In this document: in pieces, positions 16,240-24,454 of the stretch | Position numbering within the stretch: position 1 is the stretch's first letter | Layout of the letters: the number at the start of each line of letters is the position of its first letter | From: Acaryochloris marina S15 | GTDB lineage: Bacteria > Cyanobacteriota > Cyanobacteriia > Thermosynechococcales > Thermosynechococcaceae | Assembly (NCBI RefSeq): GCF_018336915.1 | Contig: NZ_CP064924.1 | Coordinates: 60,001 to 92,000, forward strand | Direction: 5' to 3' | DNA length: 32,000 nt | The notes under the pieces: generated by a model | What the model was told of the DNA's origin: nothing | The model's input: only the letters and a program-made list of their open reading frames with translations | Databases searched by the model: none | Position numbers and translations under genes: made by a program

Positions 16240-17136
16240 TCATAAAGTTTTATCGTCAGAATGAACGGTTGCGATCAACCGCTGAGTTGGATAGGCAAAG
16301 GAAATTTGATCCTCTTGGGCAAAAGATTGCAAAATATCTTCCCAGATAGCCTCCTGGGTTCCACGCCGTTGACGGGGTTCGCAGAGATAGCGAATTGTTA
16401 GTAGAATGCCGCTTTCCTCGACAGATGTATAGACCGTGGGTGTCAGTTTGGAATAGAAGATCATATACTTTTGGGCCGCCTGTTTAAGTTGGGATTGGGC
16501 GGCTTCGCTTAGATGTTCAGCATGGCGGTTAGCAATGACCAACAAAATACCTTTGGCTTTCTTCCAATCACTTTCAAAATTTATCAAGACAGGCACTTCA
16601 TTCCATAGGTGTTGAAACCCTTGTGAATAATTGGCAACAGATTCCTGAAAAATTTTACCGTTCGGGACGTGGACGACTCGGCCCGTACTTTGATCCGCGG
16701 CCACCCAATTGCCAATCTCCATAAGCGTAAATTGAAAAATACCGACATCAATCACGTCTCCAGCTTGATCTCCAATTTGGATGCGATCTCCCACCCGTAG
16801 AGGCTGCCGAGAGAGAATGAACACCCACCCCACAAAATCTACTAGGGGTTCTTTCAAGGCCACTGCCACACCCGCTGTCACGATACCAAGAAAAGTCGAG
16901 ATATCCTGGAGTTCAGGAATCCAGGGACGTCCCACAACTAAAACGGTAATTCCAGAACTGACGTAGCTAACCCACTTTCGCCATCCATACAGGATGCGCG
17001 GATCACTAATACGACGATTGAGGAGACGGAGAGCAAACCATCTGAGACTGATGACAAAAATTAAGCCCAAGAGAGATGTAATAAGCTTTGTCTGCAACTC
17101 TGGCTCTACGCCCAGCAGGGTATTGATTATATTCAT
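16240..17136 (-). CDS. MscS-family mechanosensitive channel
   Basis: The 298-aa ORF has three N-terminal TM segments. These are followed by LRVGDRIQIGDQAGDVIDVGIFQFTLMEIGN...VHVPNGKIF, the conserved MscS beta-domain signature. Confidence 0.8.
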   Translation of the reverse strand: MNIINTLLGVEPELQTKLITSLLGLIFVISLRWFALRLLNRRISDPRILYGWRKWVSYVSSGITVLVVGRPWIPELQDISTFLGIVTAGVAVALKEPLVDFVGWVFILSRQPLRVGDRIQIGDQAGDVIDVGIFQFTLMEIGNWVAADQSTGRVVHVPNGKIFQESVANYSQGFQHLWNEVPVLINFESDWKKAKGILLVIANRHAEHLSEAAQSQLKQAAQKYMIFYSKLTPTVYTSVEESGILLTIRYLCEPRQRRGTQEAIWEDILQSFAQEDQISFAYPTQRLIATVHSDDKTL

Positions 17137-17138
17137 AG

Positions 17139-18236
17139 TCAGGTTAAAGTAGGCAAAGAAAAGCGGAAGGTACTCCCCACTCCCAATTGACTTTCAGCCA
17201 CAATTTTCCCGCCTTGTAGCTCTACGAGGCGGCGTGATATTGCGAGTCCAATGCCTGTGTTTCGGGTAGATTGTGCTTTTGATACTTTAGAACGCCAAAA
17301 CCGCTCAAAAACATGAGGGAGATCATCATCAGAAATCCCTGAACCTGTATCTTGGACCGCAATCCAAACTTCATGGTCTCCCGATGTAACCTGGACAGTA
17401 ATGGTTCCAGATGTTGTGTGTCGAAGTGCATTACTGAGTAAATTCATCAAGATCTGCTCAGTACGAACCGAATCAGCTAACACAAAAGGAGTATTGGCGG
17501 GGAAATCGAGTTGCAGCACTGGTCCATCATCATCCAGTTGAGCTGAAAGGGTTTGAATCAGCCTGTCTACCAGCGGCTTGATAGCCAAAGGCGTTAAATT
17601 TAGGGATAAATGTCCAGCTTCTGCTATGGATAGCTCCTGAACATCATTCGTGAGGCGCTCTAGACGCCGCGTTTCTTGGATTAAGAGTTGATACGCCTCT
17701 AGATTTGGGGTCAATTTATCTGCTTCCCAAGCTTCTAAATAGCCTCGAATGATCGTTAACGGTGTTCGCAGTTCATGGGTTAAATCTGTGATCAGTTCTC
17801 TCCTACGCTGTTCGACATCTTCGAGCTGAATTGCCATCCGGTTGAAGCTGCGGCCAAGGCGATTGAGTTCAGGAATCTCGCTAGCGGGAACACGCTCGTT
17901 GAGATCACCCAAAGCGACCTGATGAATAATTTGCTCCATATGAATCAGGGAACGAGTGATCCTACTGGCAACCCAGAAGCTCAAAAATGCGGCAGTGATG
18001 CCTCCCACAAGAATTGCCCAGGCAGTACTATGGCTCCAAGCGGCGTCATAGCTTTCTAGCAGAACATCGCGTGCGGTGCGAATGGTGAATCCTTTACCTT
18101 CCAGCCGTGCCAGCCGACTCGCAAATACGTTTGCAGACAAGGCTTTACTGATTAATATGAAGCTCAGAAGCGGTATTCCCATCACCAGCAGATGAGAGAT
18201 CAACAGACGTGATCTCAATCCTATTCTTCTCATCAT
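17139..18236 (-). CDS. Sensor histidine kinase (2 TM, HAMP, HisKA, HATPase)
   Basis: The 365-aa ORF has the H-box THELRTPLT, the N-box LLSNALRHT and the G-boxes QDTGSGI / GIGLAI. The loop between the two TM segments is only about 40 aa. Its ATG overlaps the regulator stop (TAATG). Confidence 0.85.
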   Translation of the reverse strand: MMRRIGLRSRLLISHLLVMGIPLLSFILISKALSANVFASRLARLEGKGFTIRTARDVLLESYDAAWSHSTAWAILVGGITAAFLSFWVASRITRSLIHMEQIIHQVALGDLNERVPASEIPELNRLGRSFNRMAIQLEDVEQRRRELITDLTHELRTPLTIIRGYLEAWEADKLTPNLEAYQLLIQETRRLERLTNDVQELSIAEAGHLSLNLTPLAIKPLVDRLIQTLSAQLDDDGPVLQLDFPANTPFVLADSVRTEQILMNLLSNALRHTTSGTITVQVTSGDHEVWIAVQDTGSGISDDDLPHVFERFWRSKVSKAQSTRNTGIGLAISRRLVELQGGKIVAESQLGVGSTFRFSLPTLT

Positions 18237-18949
18237 TAGGTTCCAGGAGTATCTTCAAACCGATACCCGACCCCCTTGACAGTCTTAATAAACGTAGGTT
18301 GCGATGGATCAGGTTCAATTTTTTTTCGTAGCCGAGCAATTTGAGTATCCACAACCCTTTCCTCGCCAAAATAATCATCGCCCCAGAGCTTATCAAGCAG
18401 CTGCATGCGGTTCCAAACACGGCCAGGAGTACTCGTAAATGTCGCCATCAACTTAAACTCCAACATCGTTAGCTCTAGGAGTTCATCTGTTGATGACATA
18501 TGTTGATAGGCTCGGTGCTGTTCCATATCAACCGTAAAGTGCTCAGTTCTATAGACTTGAGCAGCCTCAGTTTGTCTCAGACTGCGTCGTAACAACGCTC
18601 GGACCCTCGCCACTAGCTCAATGGGGCTAAAAGGTTTGACCAAGTAATCATCAGCACCAGTCGATAATCCAATCACTCGATCAATTTCTTCGCCCTTAGC
18701 AGTTAGCATTAATATATAAGGATCTTTGGTGTTAGCCTGTTTGCGAATACGAGTACAGACTTCAAGACCATCCAAACCAGGGAGCTTCAGATCGAGGATG
18801 ATTAGATCTGGCTGTAATTGTTGATAAAATCGTAGTGCGTCTAATCCATCATGGCAGCTTTGACATGCAAAGTCTTCTTGTTCAAGGAGCTGCTGGATAA
18901 ATCGAGCGATTTCAATTTCATCTTCAACAATCAAAATAGATGGCTTCAT
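18236..18949 (-). CDS. OmpR/PhoB-family response regulator
   Basis: The 237-aa ORF has a receiver domain (ILIVEDE, DLIILDLKLPGLDG, LTAKG) and a winged-helix C-terminus (IKTVKGVGYRF). Confidence 0.9.
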   Translation of the reverse strand: MKPSILIVEDEIEIARFIQQLLEQEDFACQSCHDGLDALRFYQQLQPDLIILDLKLPGLDGLEVCTRIRKQANTKDPYILMLTAKGEEIDRVIGLSTGADDYLVKPFSPIELVARVRALLRRSLRQTEAAQVYRTEHFTVDMEQHRAYQHMSSTDELLELTMLEFKLMATFTSTPGRVWNRMQLLDKLWGDDYFGEERVVDTQIARLRKKIEPDPSQPTFIKTVKGVGYRFEDTPGT

Positions 18950-19197
18950 CGTTTATCAATGATTTATTACAGCTCGGTGAGATAGGGCTGGGGTGAAGAT
19001 TAGCATCTTAAGTCTAAACCTGTTCACACCAATGACATTATTTTTAAACAGACCTGACACGTAGGTTTTATGGCGAGATAAGCCTCATGGTGCTTGCCAC
19101 CCAATCTGATGCCTGATTGACACTCCACTGAGGTATGTTTGGCACAAACGTTCCATATCGTTAGGGATAACCATGTCACCTACTGCTTAGAAGAGCA

Positions 19198-19756
19198 GTG
19201 ATGGCATCTAAGGCACCCAAATATATTATGCGGCACAGTACTTTACTCCATCGTCAGGTTGTTGACTCTATTTCAAGGCAATCCTTAGGGAGAGTCACTG
19301 ATCTCTGGATTGATCTGCGCCAGCATCGAGTCATCGGCTTTAGCAGTCATGCTGAATATGGGGGCATCAGTCTTCGTTCATATTTCTGGAAGCAGATTGA
19401 GGCCATTGAAGCCCAGCAAATTGTGGTGCAATCTCTCCCAACTATCCATCCTCGTCTAATACTGAATATAAATCCTGAAACTGGGATGGCTGTTAAAGAC
19501 CCACTTGCCTCTTGGAATATGGAACCAACGGGGAGATTGGATGGGTGAGATTATAGATTTTAGATTCGATGCTAACTCAGGAACCATTGACTATTATGTC
19601 TGTGCACCTCACTCAAATGTAGCGAAGGAACAACAACTGTTATATCTGTCAGCATCAATATTAGTTGATGGTGGTCAGGGTCGGCTATTTGTACCCGATC
19701 AGGTCCTACAACAGATTAAATTTGAAACGGAAGAGTTATCTAGAAAATGTGCGTGA
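19198..19756 (+). pseudogene. Double PRC-barrel paralog, frameshifted and tail-clipped by IS copy 2
   Basis: The N-terminal half (19198-19548) and the C-terminal half (open from 19472, homologous from about THLPLGIWNQRGDWMGEIIDFRFDANSGTIDYY) are in different frames. The last six codons and the stop (LSRKCA*) are read from the IS left end. Confidence 0.6.
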
Positions 19757-21078
19757 AGACTCCAACTATACGAATGTTAGTTGGAGATGTGTATAGCACT
19801 CCATTCCAAGCATATTGTTATGCCGAACATGCTAGTTTAATAGTATGATTGTACTAGAGTTTAAAGCAAGAACCAGTCAGCATCAAACAAGTGCGATTGA
19901 TGAAGCCATCAGGACAGCTCAATTCATTCGTAATAAGTGCTTGCGCTTTTGGATGGATAACAAAGGTACAGGCAAATACGACTTAAACAAGTTTTGTAGA
20001 GTTCTTGCTAATGATTTTCCTTTTGCTAAGCAACTCAACTCAATGGCTCGGCAGGCAAGTGCTGAAAGAGCTTGGAGTTCAATCAGTCGCTTCTATGAGA
20101 ATTGCAAACAGGGTATAAAGCCCGTTGGCTTTCCAAGGTTTAAGAAGCATTCTCGGTCAGTGGAATACAAAACCTCTGGGTGGAAGCTTCTGAGTCCTAA
20201 AAAGATTAAATTCACTGACGGTTTTAATATTGGTGAGCTGCGTTTAATCGGGACTTATGACTTAGCAAGCTATGACGAGAGTCAAATCAAGCGAGTCAGG
20301 TTAGTTCGTAGAGCAGATGGCTACTATGTGCAATTCTGCATCAGCGTTGATGTCAAAATTGAGCTAGAACCCACCGGCAACACCATTGGCTTAGATGTGG
20401 GCTTAGAGTCCTTCTACACCGATAGCAACGGCTACAAAGAACCTCCTGAAAAGTTTTATCGCAGTTCTCAAAAGAAACGTCATCGGTTACAAAAACGATT
20501 GAGCAGGACTCAAAAAAGTTCAGCGAATCGGCATAAAGCTATTCATCGCCTAGCCAGACATGAATTAAAAGTCTCACGGCAGCGTAAAGAAAGGGCTAAG
20601 AGACTGGCCCTTTGCGTGATCCAATCTAACGATTTGGTTGTTTATGAGAACTTGAGGATTCGCAATATGGTGAAGAACCACTGTCTGGCTCAGTCGATCC
20701 ATGATGCAGGCTGGTATCAGTTCAGACAGTGGCTGGAGTACTTTGGGAAAAAGTATGGCAAGGTCACCGTGGCTGTGGAACCTGCATACACCTCTCAAGA
20801 ATGTTCTGATTGTGGTGTACTCGTTAAAAAGTCTTTGTCTACTCGAACTCATGTTTGTGCATGTGGCTGCAAGTTAGACAGGGATGAGAATGCAGCCATC
20901 AATATCTTGAGAAAAGGAATCGCTACCACAGGGCATGTGGGAAGCGGGCTACTCGATAGTCAAAACGCTTCTGGAGATGAGGCCGCTACTGTGTTGAACT
21001 CAGGTTTAATGCAGCAAGTCACGTCGCTGAAAGAAGAATCTCCTGCTATACCCGTAGGGTTAGCGGGATGAGTGTCAA
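19736..21078 (+). mobile_element. IS200/IS605-family TnpB-only element, copy 2
   Basis: It is identical to 11270..12612 over 1343 bp. It is inserted 3' of a TTAT inside the tail of the PRC-barrel gene. Confidence 0.9.
19845..21071 (+). CDS. tnpB: TnpB RNA-guided nuclease (identical to 11379..12605)
   Basis: The 408-aa translation is identical to copy 1. Confidence 0.9.
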   Translation: MIVLEFKARTSQHQTSAIDEAIRTAQFIRNKCLRFWMDNKGTGKYDLNKFCRVLANDFPFAKQLNSMARQASAERAWSSISRFYENCKQGIKPVGFPRFKKHSRSVEYKTSGWKLLSPKKIKFTDGFNIGELRLIGTYDLASYDESQIKRVRLVRRADGYYVQFCISVDVKIELEPTGNTIGLDVGLESFYTDSNGYKEPPEKFYRSSQKKRHRLQKRLSRTQKSSANRHKAIHRLARHELKVSRQRKERAKRLALCVIQSNDLVVYENLRIRNMVKNHCLAQSIHDAGWYQFRQWLEYFGKKYGKVTVAVEPAYTSQECSDCGVLVKKSLSTRTHVCACGCKLDRDENAAINILRKGIATTGHVGSGLLDSQNASGDEAATVLNSGLMQQVTSLKEESPAIPVGLAG

Positions 21079-21094
21079 ACGATCACAATGCTTA
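20906..21094 (+). ncRNA. Predicted omega-RNA of copy 2 (candidate guide acgatcacaatgctta, 21079-21094)
   Basis: The reasoning is the same as for copy 1. The scaffold sequence is identical and only the flank-derived guide differs. The boundaries were not observed. Confidence 0.35.
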
Positions 21095-21264
21095 CCCAAA
21101 GCATTTGTCCAAAGTTAGAGTCCTGCAAGTCCCACCCCCTTGCCCTTCTTCCATCCATTAGTTTGTTTTACCCTACTCAAATTAATCGCTATATAGTAGA
21201 GGGGGTGGAGTATTCTGTTTGCTAAAGTGGATTGATTTTCCCTACTTTGCCCAGAGATTTCCAA

Positions 21265-21834
21265 CTATGCCAACTCAGCGGTAGGAAAGTTAGCTAAGGT
21301 CAACTCGCTGGATACAGGTTCTATCTCCTGCATAAAGTCGTCTATCACTGTCATCCATCCCCGACCAACAGAGAGAATCGAGGTAGGAGGCAGATAGAAT
21401 CTTTGGGCCGTAAGCCGTCTAAGACTTCTCACTGTAAGAATATAATCCATGACCATCCCAGAGTAGGGATAAATACGACAGTCCGAAATCTTACCCACGA
21501 AGTTGCCGGTACTAGTCCAAACCTCATGAGTGATGTGAGTATCTACTACAATCTGCCTTTCTAGCTCAAGATTCGTAGTGACATTTTGATAAGGCGTGGG
21601 AATGGTTTTCACTAGAATTCTTTGGGCTTCGAGAGTAGCAATCTGATCCCATGGGAAAGTACAGGGATCGTTGTCCAATACTCCCAAACGGCAAGTGAAT
21701 CCTATCACTTGGTGATCTTGGTAATTCAGCCAGACTTGGGTGACACGCCCCAATCTTTCAGAAGCAGCTTCATTGGTGACCTGACGGTTGAGCAAACTAC
21801 TATAAGTGATTAATGCGCCTTCTTGAGTTGACAT
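21265..21834 (-). CDS. Double PRC-barrel-like domain protein
   Basis: The 189-aa ORF has LGRVTQVWLNYQDHQVIGF and HEVWTSTGNFVGKISDCRIYPYSGMVMDYIL. It is a paralog of 22125..22691. Confidence 0.65.
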   Translation of the reverse strand: MSTQEGALITYSSLLNRQVTNEAASERLGRVTQVWLNYQDHQVIGFTCRLGVLDNDPCTFPWDQIATLEAQRILVKTIPTPYQNVTTNLELERQIVVDTHITHEVWTSTGNFVGKISDCRIYPYSGMVMDYILTVRSLRRLTAQRFYLPPTSILSVGRGWMTVIDDFMQEIEPVSSELTLANFPTAELA

Positions 21835-21906
21835 TGGGCTTTCCCAGTTTTCGAATAGAGTAGTTGGATGATTCCAGTTATGATCTCAAACTTTAAATTA
21901 TCTATG

Positions 21907-21918
21907 TGTCATTTTGAT
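21907..21918 (-). promoter_or_regulatory. ATCAAAATGACA box, 72 nt upstream of the start of 21265..21834
   Basis: The same 12-mer in the same gene-relative orientation lies 73 nt upstream of the divergent paralog. Confidence 0.3.
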
Positions 21919-22039
21919 GTCAGGTTATTGTCCCTGTCTGTGTCTCCCTATCTAGTGTGATTCTTTGCAATGTTCTTCACCTCCCACTTACTCCAGGCAA
22001 AGAGTTTTTTCTCAGCCATCCTCCTGTCACATCTTTGTA

Positions 22040-22051
22040 ATCAAAATGACA
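22040..22051 (+). promoter_or_regulatory. ATCAAAATGACA box, 73 nt upstream of the start of 22125..22691
   Basis: It is the mirror copy of 21907-21918. The rest of the two upstream regions is not similar. Confidence 0.3.
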
Positions 22052-22124
22052 TGGGCATTCAATAAAATGAGTGGATATTTATCATTGAGAAGCAATTGAA
22101 TTGTGCTGAGGAAGGAAGCAAATC

Positions 22125-22691
22125 ATGACTAATACCCCACAGTATGTTGTTCAATACTCTTATTTCCTTGGTCGTGAAGTATTGGATGTTAACACGACTA
22201 AACCTCTTGGCAGAATCTCAGAAGTGTGGGTTGATTTATCCGATCAAGAAGTGTTGGGATTTAACTGCCGTGCTGGTTTTTGGGATTTCGATCCATGCAC
22301 CTATCCATTGAGTCAGATTCGGATGCTCAATGATCAGCAAATTGCCGTGGACCCTACTATGGAGTTAAGCCCATCTTTAATGTCCAATCTGTTGTCAGGC
22401 AGTTCAGTTATTTCAGGTGATTGTATCAATCATGGGGTTTGGACACAGAGAGGAAAGTGGATCGGTGATGTAAAGGATTACAATTTTGACCTTCGCTCTG
22501 GTGAAATTATTAACTATCTATGTACAGAGAAAAGCGAGAACGGAGCGATCAAGCGACAGTTTCCAGTGCCCAACTATAGTGTTGTCAATGCTGGTTTAGG
22601 GTGGCTTCAGGTGGATGAGTTCGTATTACCTCTAGGTGATATTGAGATTGAGGAAGTACTGATTTCTAATCACCTATCAATAGTGGGCTAG
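22125..22691 (+). CDS. Double PRC-barrel-like domain protein
   Basis: The 188-aa ORF has LGRISEVWVDLSDQEVLGF and HGVWTQRGKWIGDVKDYNFDLRSGEIINYL. Confidence 0.65.
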   Translation: MTNTPQYVVQYSYFLGREVLDVNTTKPLGRISEVWVDLSDQEVLGFNCRAGFWDFDPCTYPLSQIRMLNDQQIAVDPTMELSPSLMSNLLSGSSVISGDCINHGVWTQRGKWIGDVKDYNFDLRSGEIINYLCTEKSENGAIKRQFPVPNYSVVNAGLGWLQVDEFVLPLGDIEIEEVLISNHLSIVG

Positions 22692-22697
22692 GCATAT

Positions 22698-22738
22698 TGA
22701 ATAAGTGAAATCGTCTATTAACCGATTTCACTTATTCA
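22698..22738. terminator. Hairpin between convergent genes (possibly a bidirectional terminator)
   Basis: A perfect 16-bp stem (tgaataagtgaaatcg / cgatttcacttattca) with a 9-nt loop starts 7 nt after the stop of 22125..22691. The stem is AT-rich and there is no clean U-tract. Confidence 0.5.
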
Positions 22739-22889
22739 TATTGAACTCGTGGCAATATTCCAGGTCAGCGGGACTGCAAACCCAAAATCAGTGGTAACAC
22801 CAGAAGCGTGGAAAGATCTACTAACCTGTATGATGACAGATAGCAGATCTCCCCGCGCCTAAATTAGGACTTGAATCCAGGGACTTGCG

Positions 22890-23393
22890 TTAGCTTGCTT
22901 CAGAAGTATGGCTAGCTTCTAATGCGGTCTGAGAAGTCTCACTATTATTGTTTTCACTTAAAAAGTTTACTTTGACCACTTTATTCTGTTCTCTTTCAAC
23001 TTTAGGTAGCGTAAGAATAAGAATGCCTTGGTCAAAAGACGCCTCGACTTTTGTATTTTGAATGGCGACAGGTAGTTTGCTGGCTCGACGGAAGCAACCA
23101 TAGCTAATGTCTGAGAATAGCCTTTTTGTTTCTTCCTTCAGCTCCTCAGGATGACGTACTCCAAAGATTGAAATAGATTCATGAGTAGCTTGGATGTCTA
23201 AGTTCTCTGCTTTTACACCGGGTAAAAAGGTTTTCAGAATTAGAGCGTCACCTCTATCCCATAGATCTATAGTTGGCGTCCAACTTGCATAGGTTTGGGA
23301 TTCATCAGTATCGAGTATTCCTTCAAAAAGATTATCAATTTGACGGTGAACTGAATCTACTTCTTCAATTGGGTTCCAGTAACGAATCATCAT
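22890..23393 (-). CDS. Hsp20/alpha-crystallin small heat-shock protein
   Basis: The 167-aa ORF has the alpha-crystallin domain pattern (WTPTIDLWDRGDALILKTFLPGVKAENLDIQ ... ASFDQGILILTLPK). Confidence 0.85.
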   Translation of the reverse strand: MMIRYWNPIEEVDSVHRQIDNLFEGILDTDESQTYASWTPTIDLWDRGDALILKTFLPGVKAENLDIQATHESISIFGVRHPEELKEETKRLFSDISYGCFRRASKLPVAIQNTKVEASFDQGILILTLPKVEREQNKVVKVNFLSENNNSETSQTALEASHTSEAS

Positions 23394-23780
23394 AGGATTT
23401 TGACCTCACAATGACTAATAATTATGTAGCGGAAATAACCGCTTTCTTTGTGTTGAATCTAATATGCAATATCTGGCCTTTAGTTGAGAAGCATGAAAAC
23501 CCCACTTCTCATGTCGAGAAAGCCCTACATGTTGGGAGAATTAAAGGGTCGAAACTGTTGGCAAAATGTTCTGCAATGATCTCATACGGCTGAAATTGGC
23601 TTTTAACCGTTTATTCAGTTAGCCTTTTTGAGATTGAGGTATGTTACCTCTCAAACTCAAACTCAATCATTCTCACTCTATGGAAGCTGAAAGCGCAAGG
23701 AACCAAGAGATTTTAAAGATTGAGTCTACGAATATGAATTGATCGAATGATAATAATAGATCCAGGCATGTTTTTTTACA

Positions 23781-24328
23781 TTGACACTCCCCGGTCTAAA
23801 GACGCGGGGATTCATAGCGCTGCTAAGCTGTAGATCTCAAAGTCCACAGTCTTAACCGCCTAGGCATAGTCAAAGTTATGCCTCTACTGGGTCTGCATTG
23901 CATTCCCACTACGTTTGATTTACGACCAATATTCCAGGCCCCATTGCAGTCCGCATTGATGAGAATGCCGTCTGCACTTTTATACAACCCGCGCTTAACC
24001 CTCCGTCCCGAAGCTTTCCAACCCTCGGGTTTTTCACCGAATACGGGAATCTCATCAAGATCTAAAGCACTCGCTTGGGAGGTATAGCTTTCCTCTTGTT
24101 CAACGAACTCAATTCCTATCTGTTCAGCCATCTGAGCAATCCGATTCTTCAGCTTAGCGGTGGGGATTTGCACAAACTTCTGATTGGTCTTCTTGCCCAT
24201 ATTGGCTTTTTGTTTCTGGCCTTGATTCCAGCCAAAGACAATCGCACCAATATTATTTTCAATACAGTAGTTGATCACCATCCGAGCCGCTTTATTCACA
24301 GCATCCCGCATTTGGCGACGGCGCTTAT
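23781..24328 (-). mobile_element. 3' remnant of a second TnpB-type IS200/IS605 element
   Basis: On the minus strand the element ends ccccgcgtctttagaccggggAGTGTCAA at 23781. This is the same hairpin-plus-GAGTGTCAA terminus as the intact IS, although the protein differs. The 5' portion is missing. Confidence 0.6.
23823..24311 (-). pseudogene. Truncated tnpB (C-terminal RuvC/zinc-finger-region half only)
   Basis: The 162-aa fragment has IGAIVFGWNQGQKQ, EESYTSQAS and NADCNGAWNIGRK. The frame stays open upstream (LDKRRRQ) up to the TTAT at 24325-24328, where it runs into the IS left-end palindrome. About 250 N-terminal codons are absent. Confidence 0.7.
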
Positions 24329-24399
24329 CTAGAAAATGTGCGTGAAGACTCCAACTATACGAATGTTAGTTGGAGTCTTCACGCACATTTTCTAGATAA
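24325..24399. repeat. Perfect 75-nt palindrome (32-bp stem, 11-nt loop) made of the first 51 nt of the IS left end plus its own inverted complement
   Basis: The sequence is ttatctagaaaatgtgcgtgaagactccaact-atacgaatgtt-agttggagtcttcacgcacattttctagataa. Its first 51 nt are identical to 11270-11320 and 19736-19786. Confidence 0.9.
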
Positions 24400-24454
24400 G
24401 CCAACTATACTCATCATTACTTATTAGCTGAGTATTATGTACCAAGGTTTGACT

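Noticed and set aside
19118-19127. ttgacactcc, identical to the right-end terminus of the truncated TnpB element (23781-23790)
   Set aside because: I considered it a possible solo IS end. Similarity stops after 10 nt and no subterminal hairpin follows. One chance 10-mer match in a 32-kb window is not unlikely.
23394-23470. Possible RNA thermometer in the Hsp20 5' leader
   Set aside because: Only a 5-bp hairpin (agcgg/ccgct) lies away from the GAGG Shine-Dalgarno sequence, and I could not find convincing pairing that occludes the SD or AUG.
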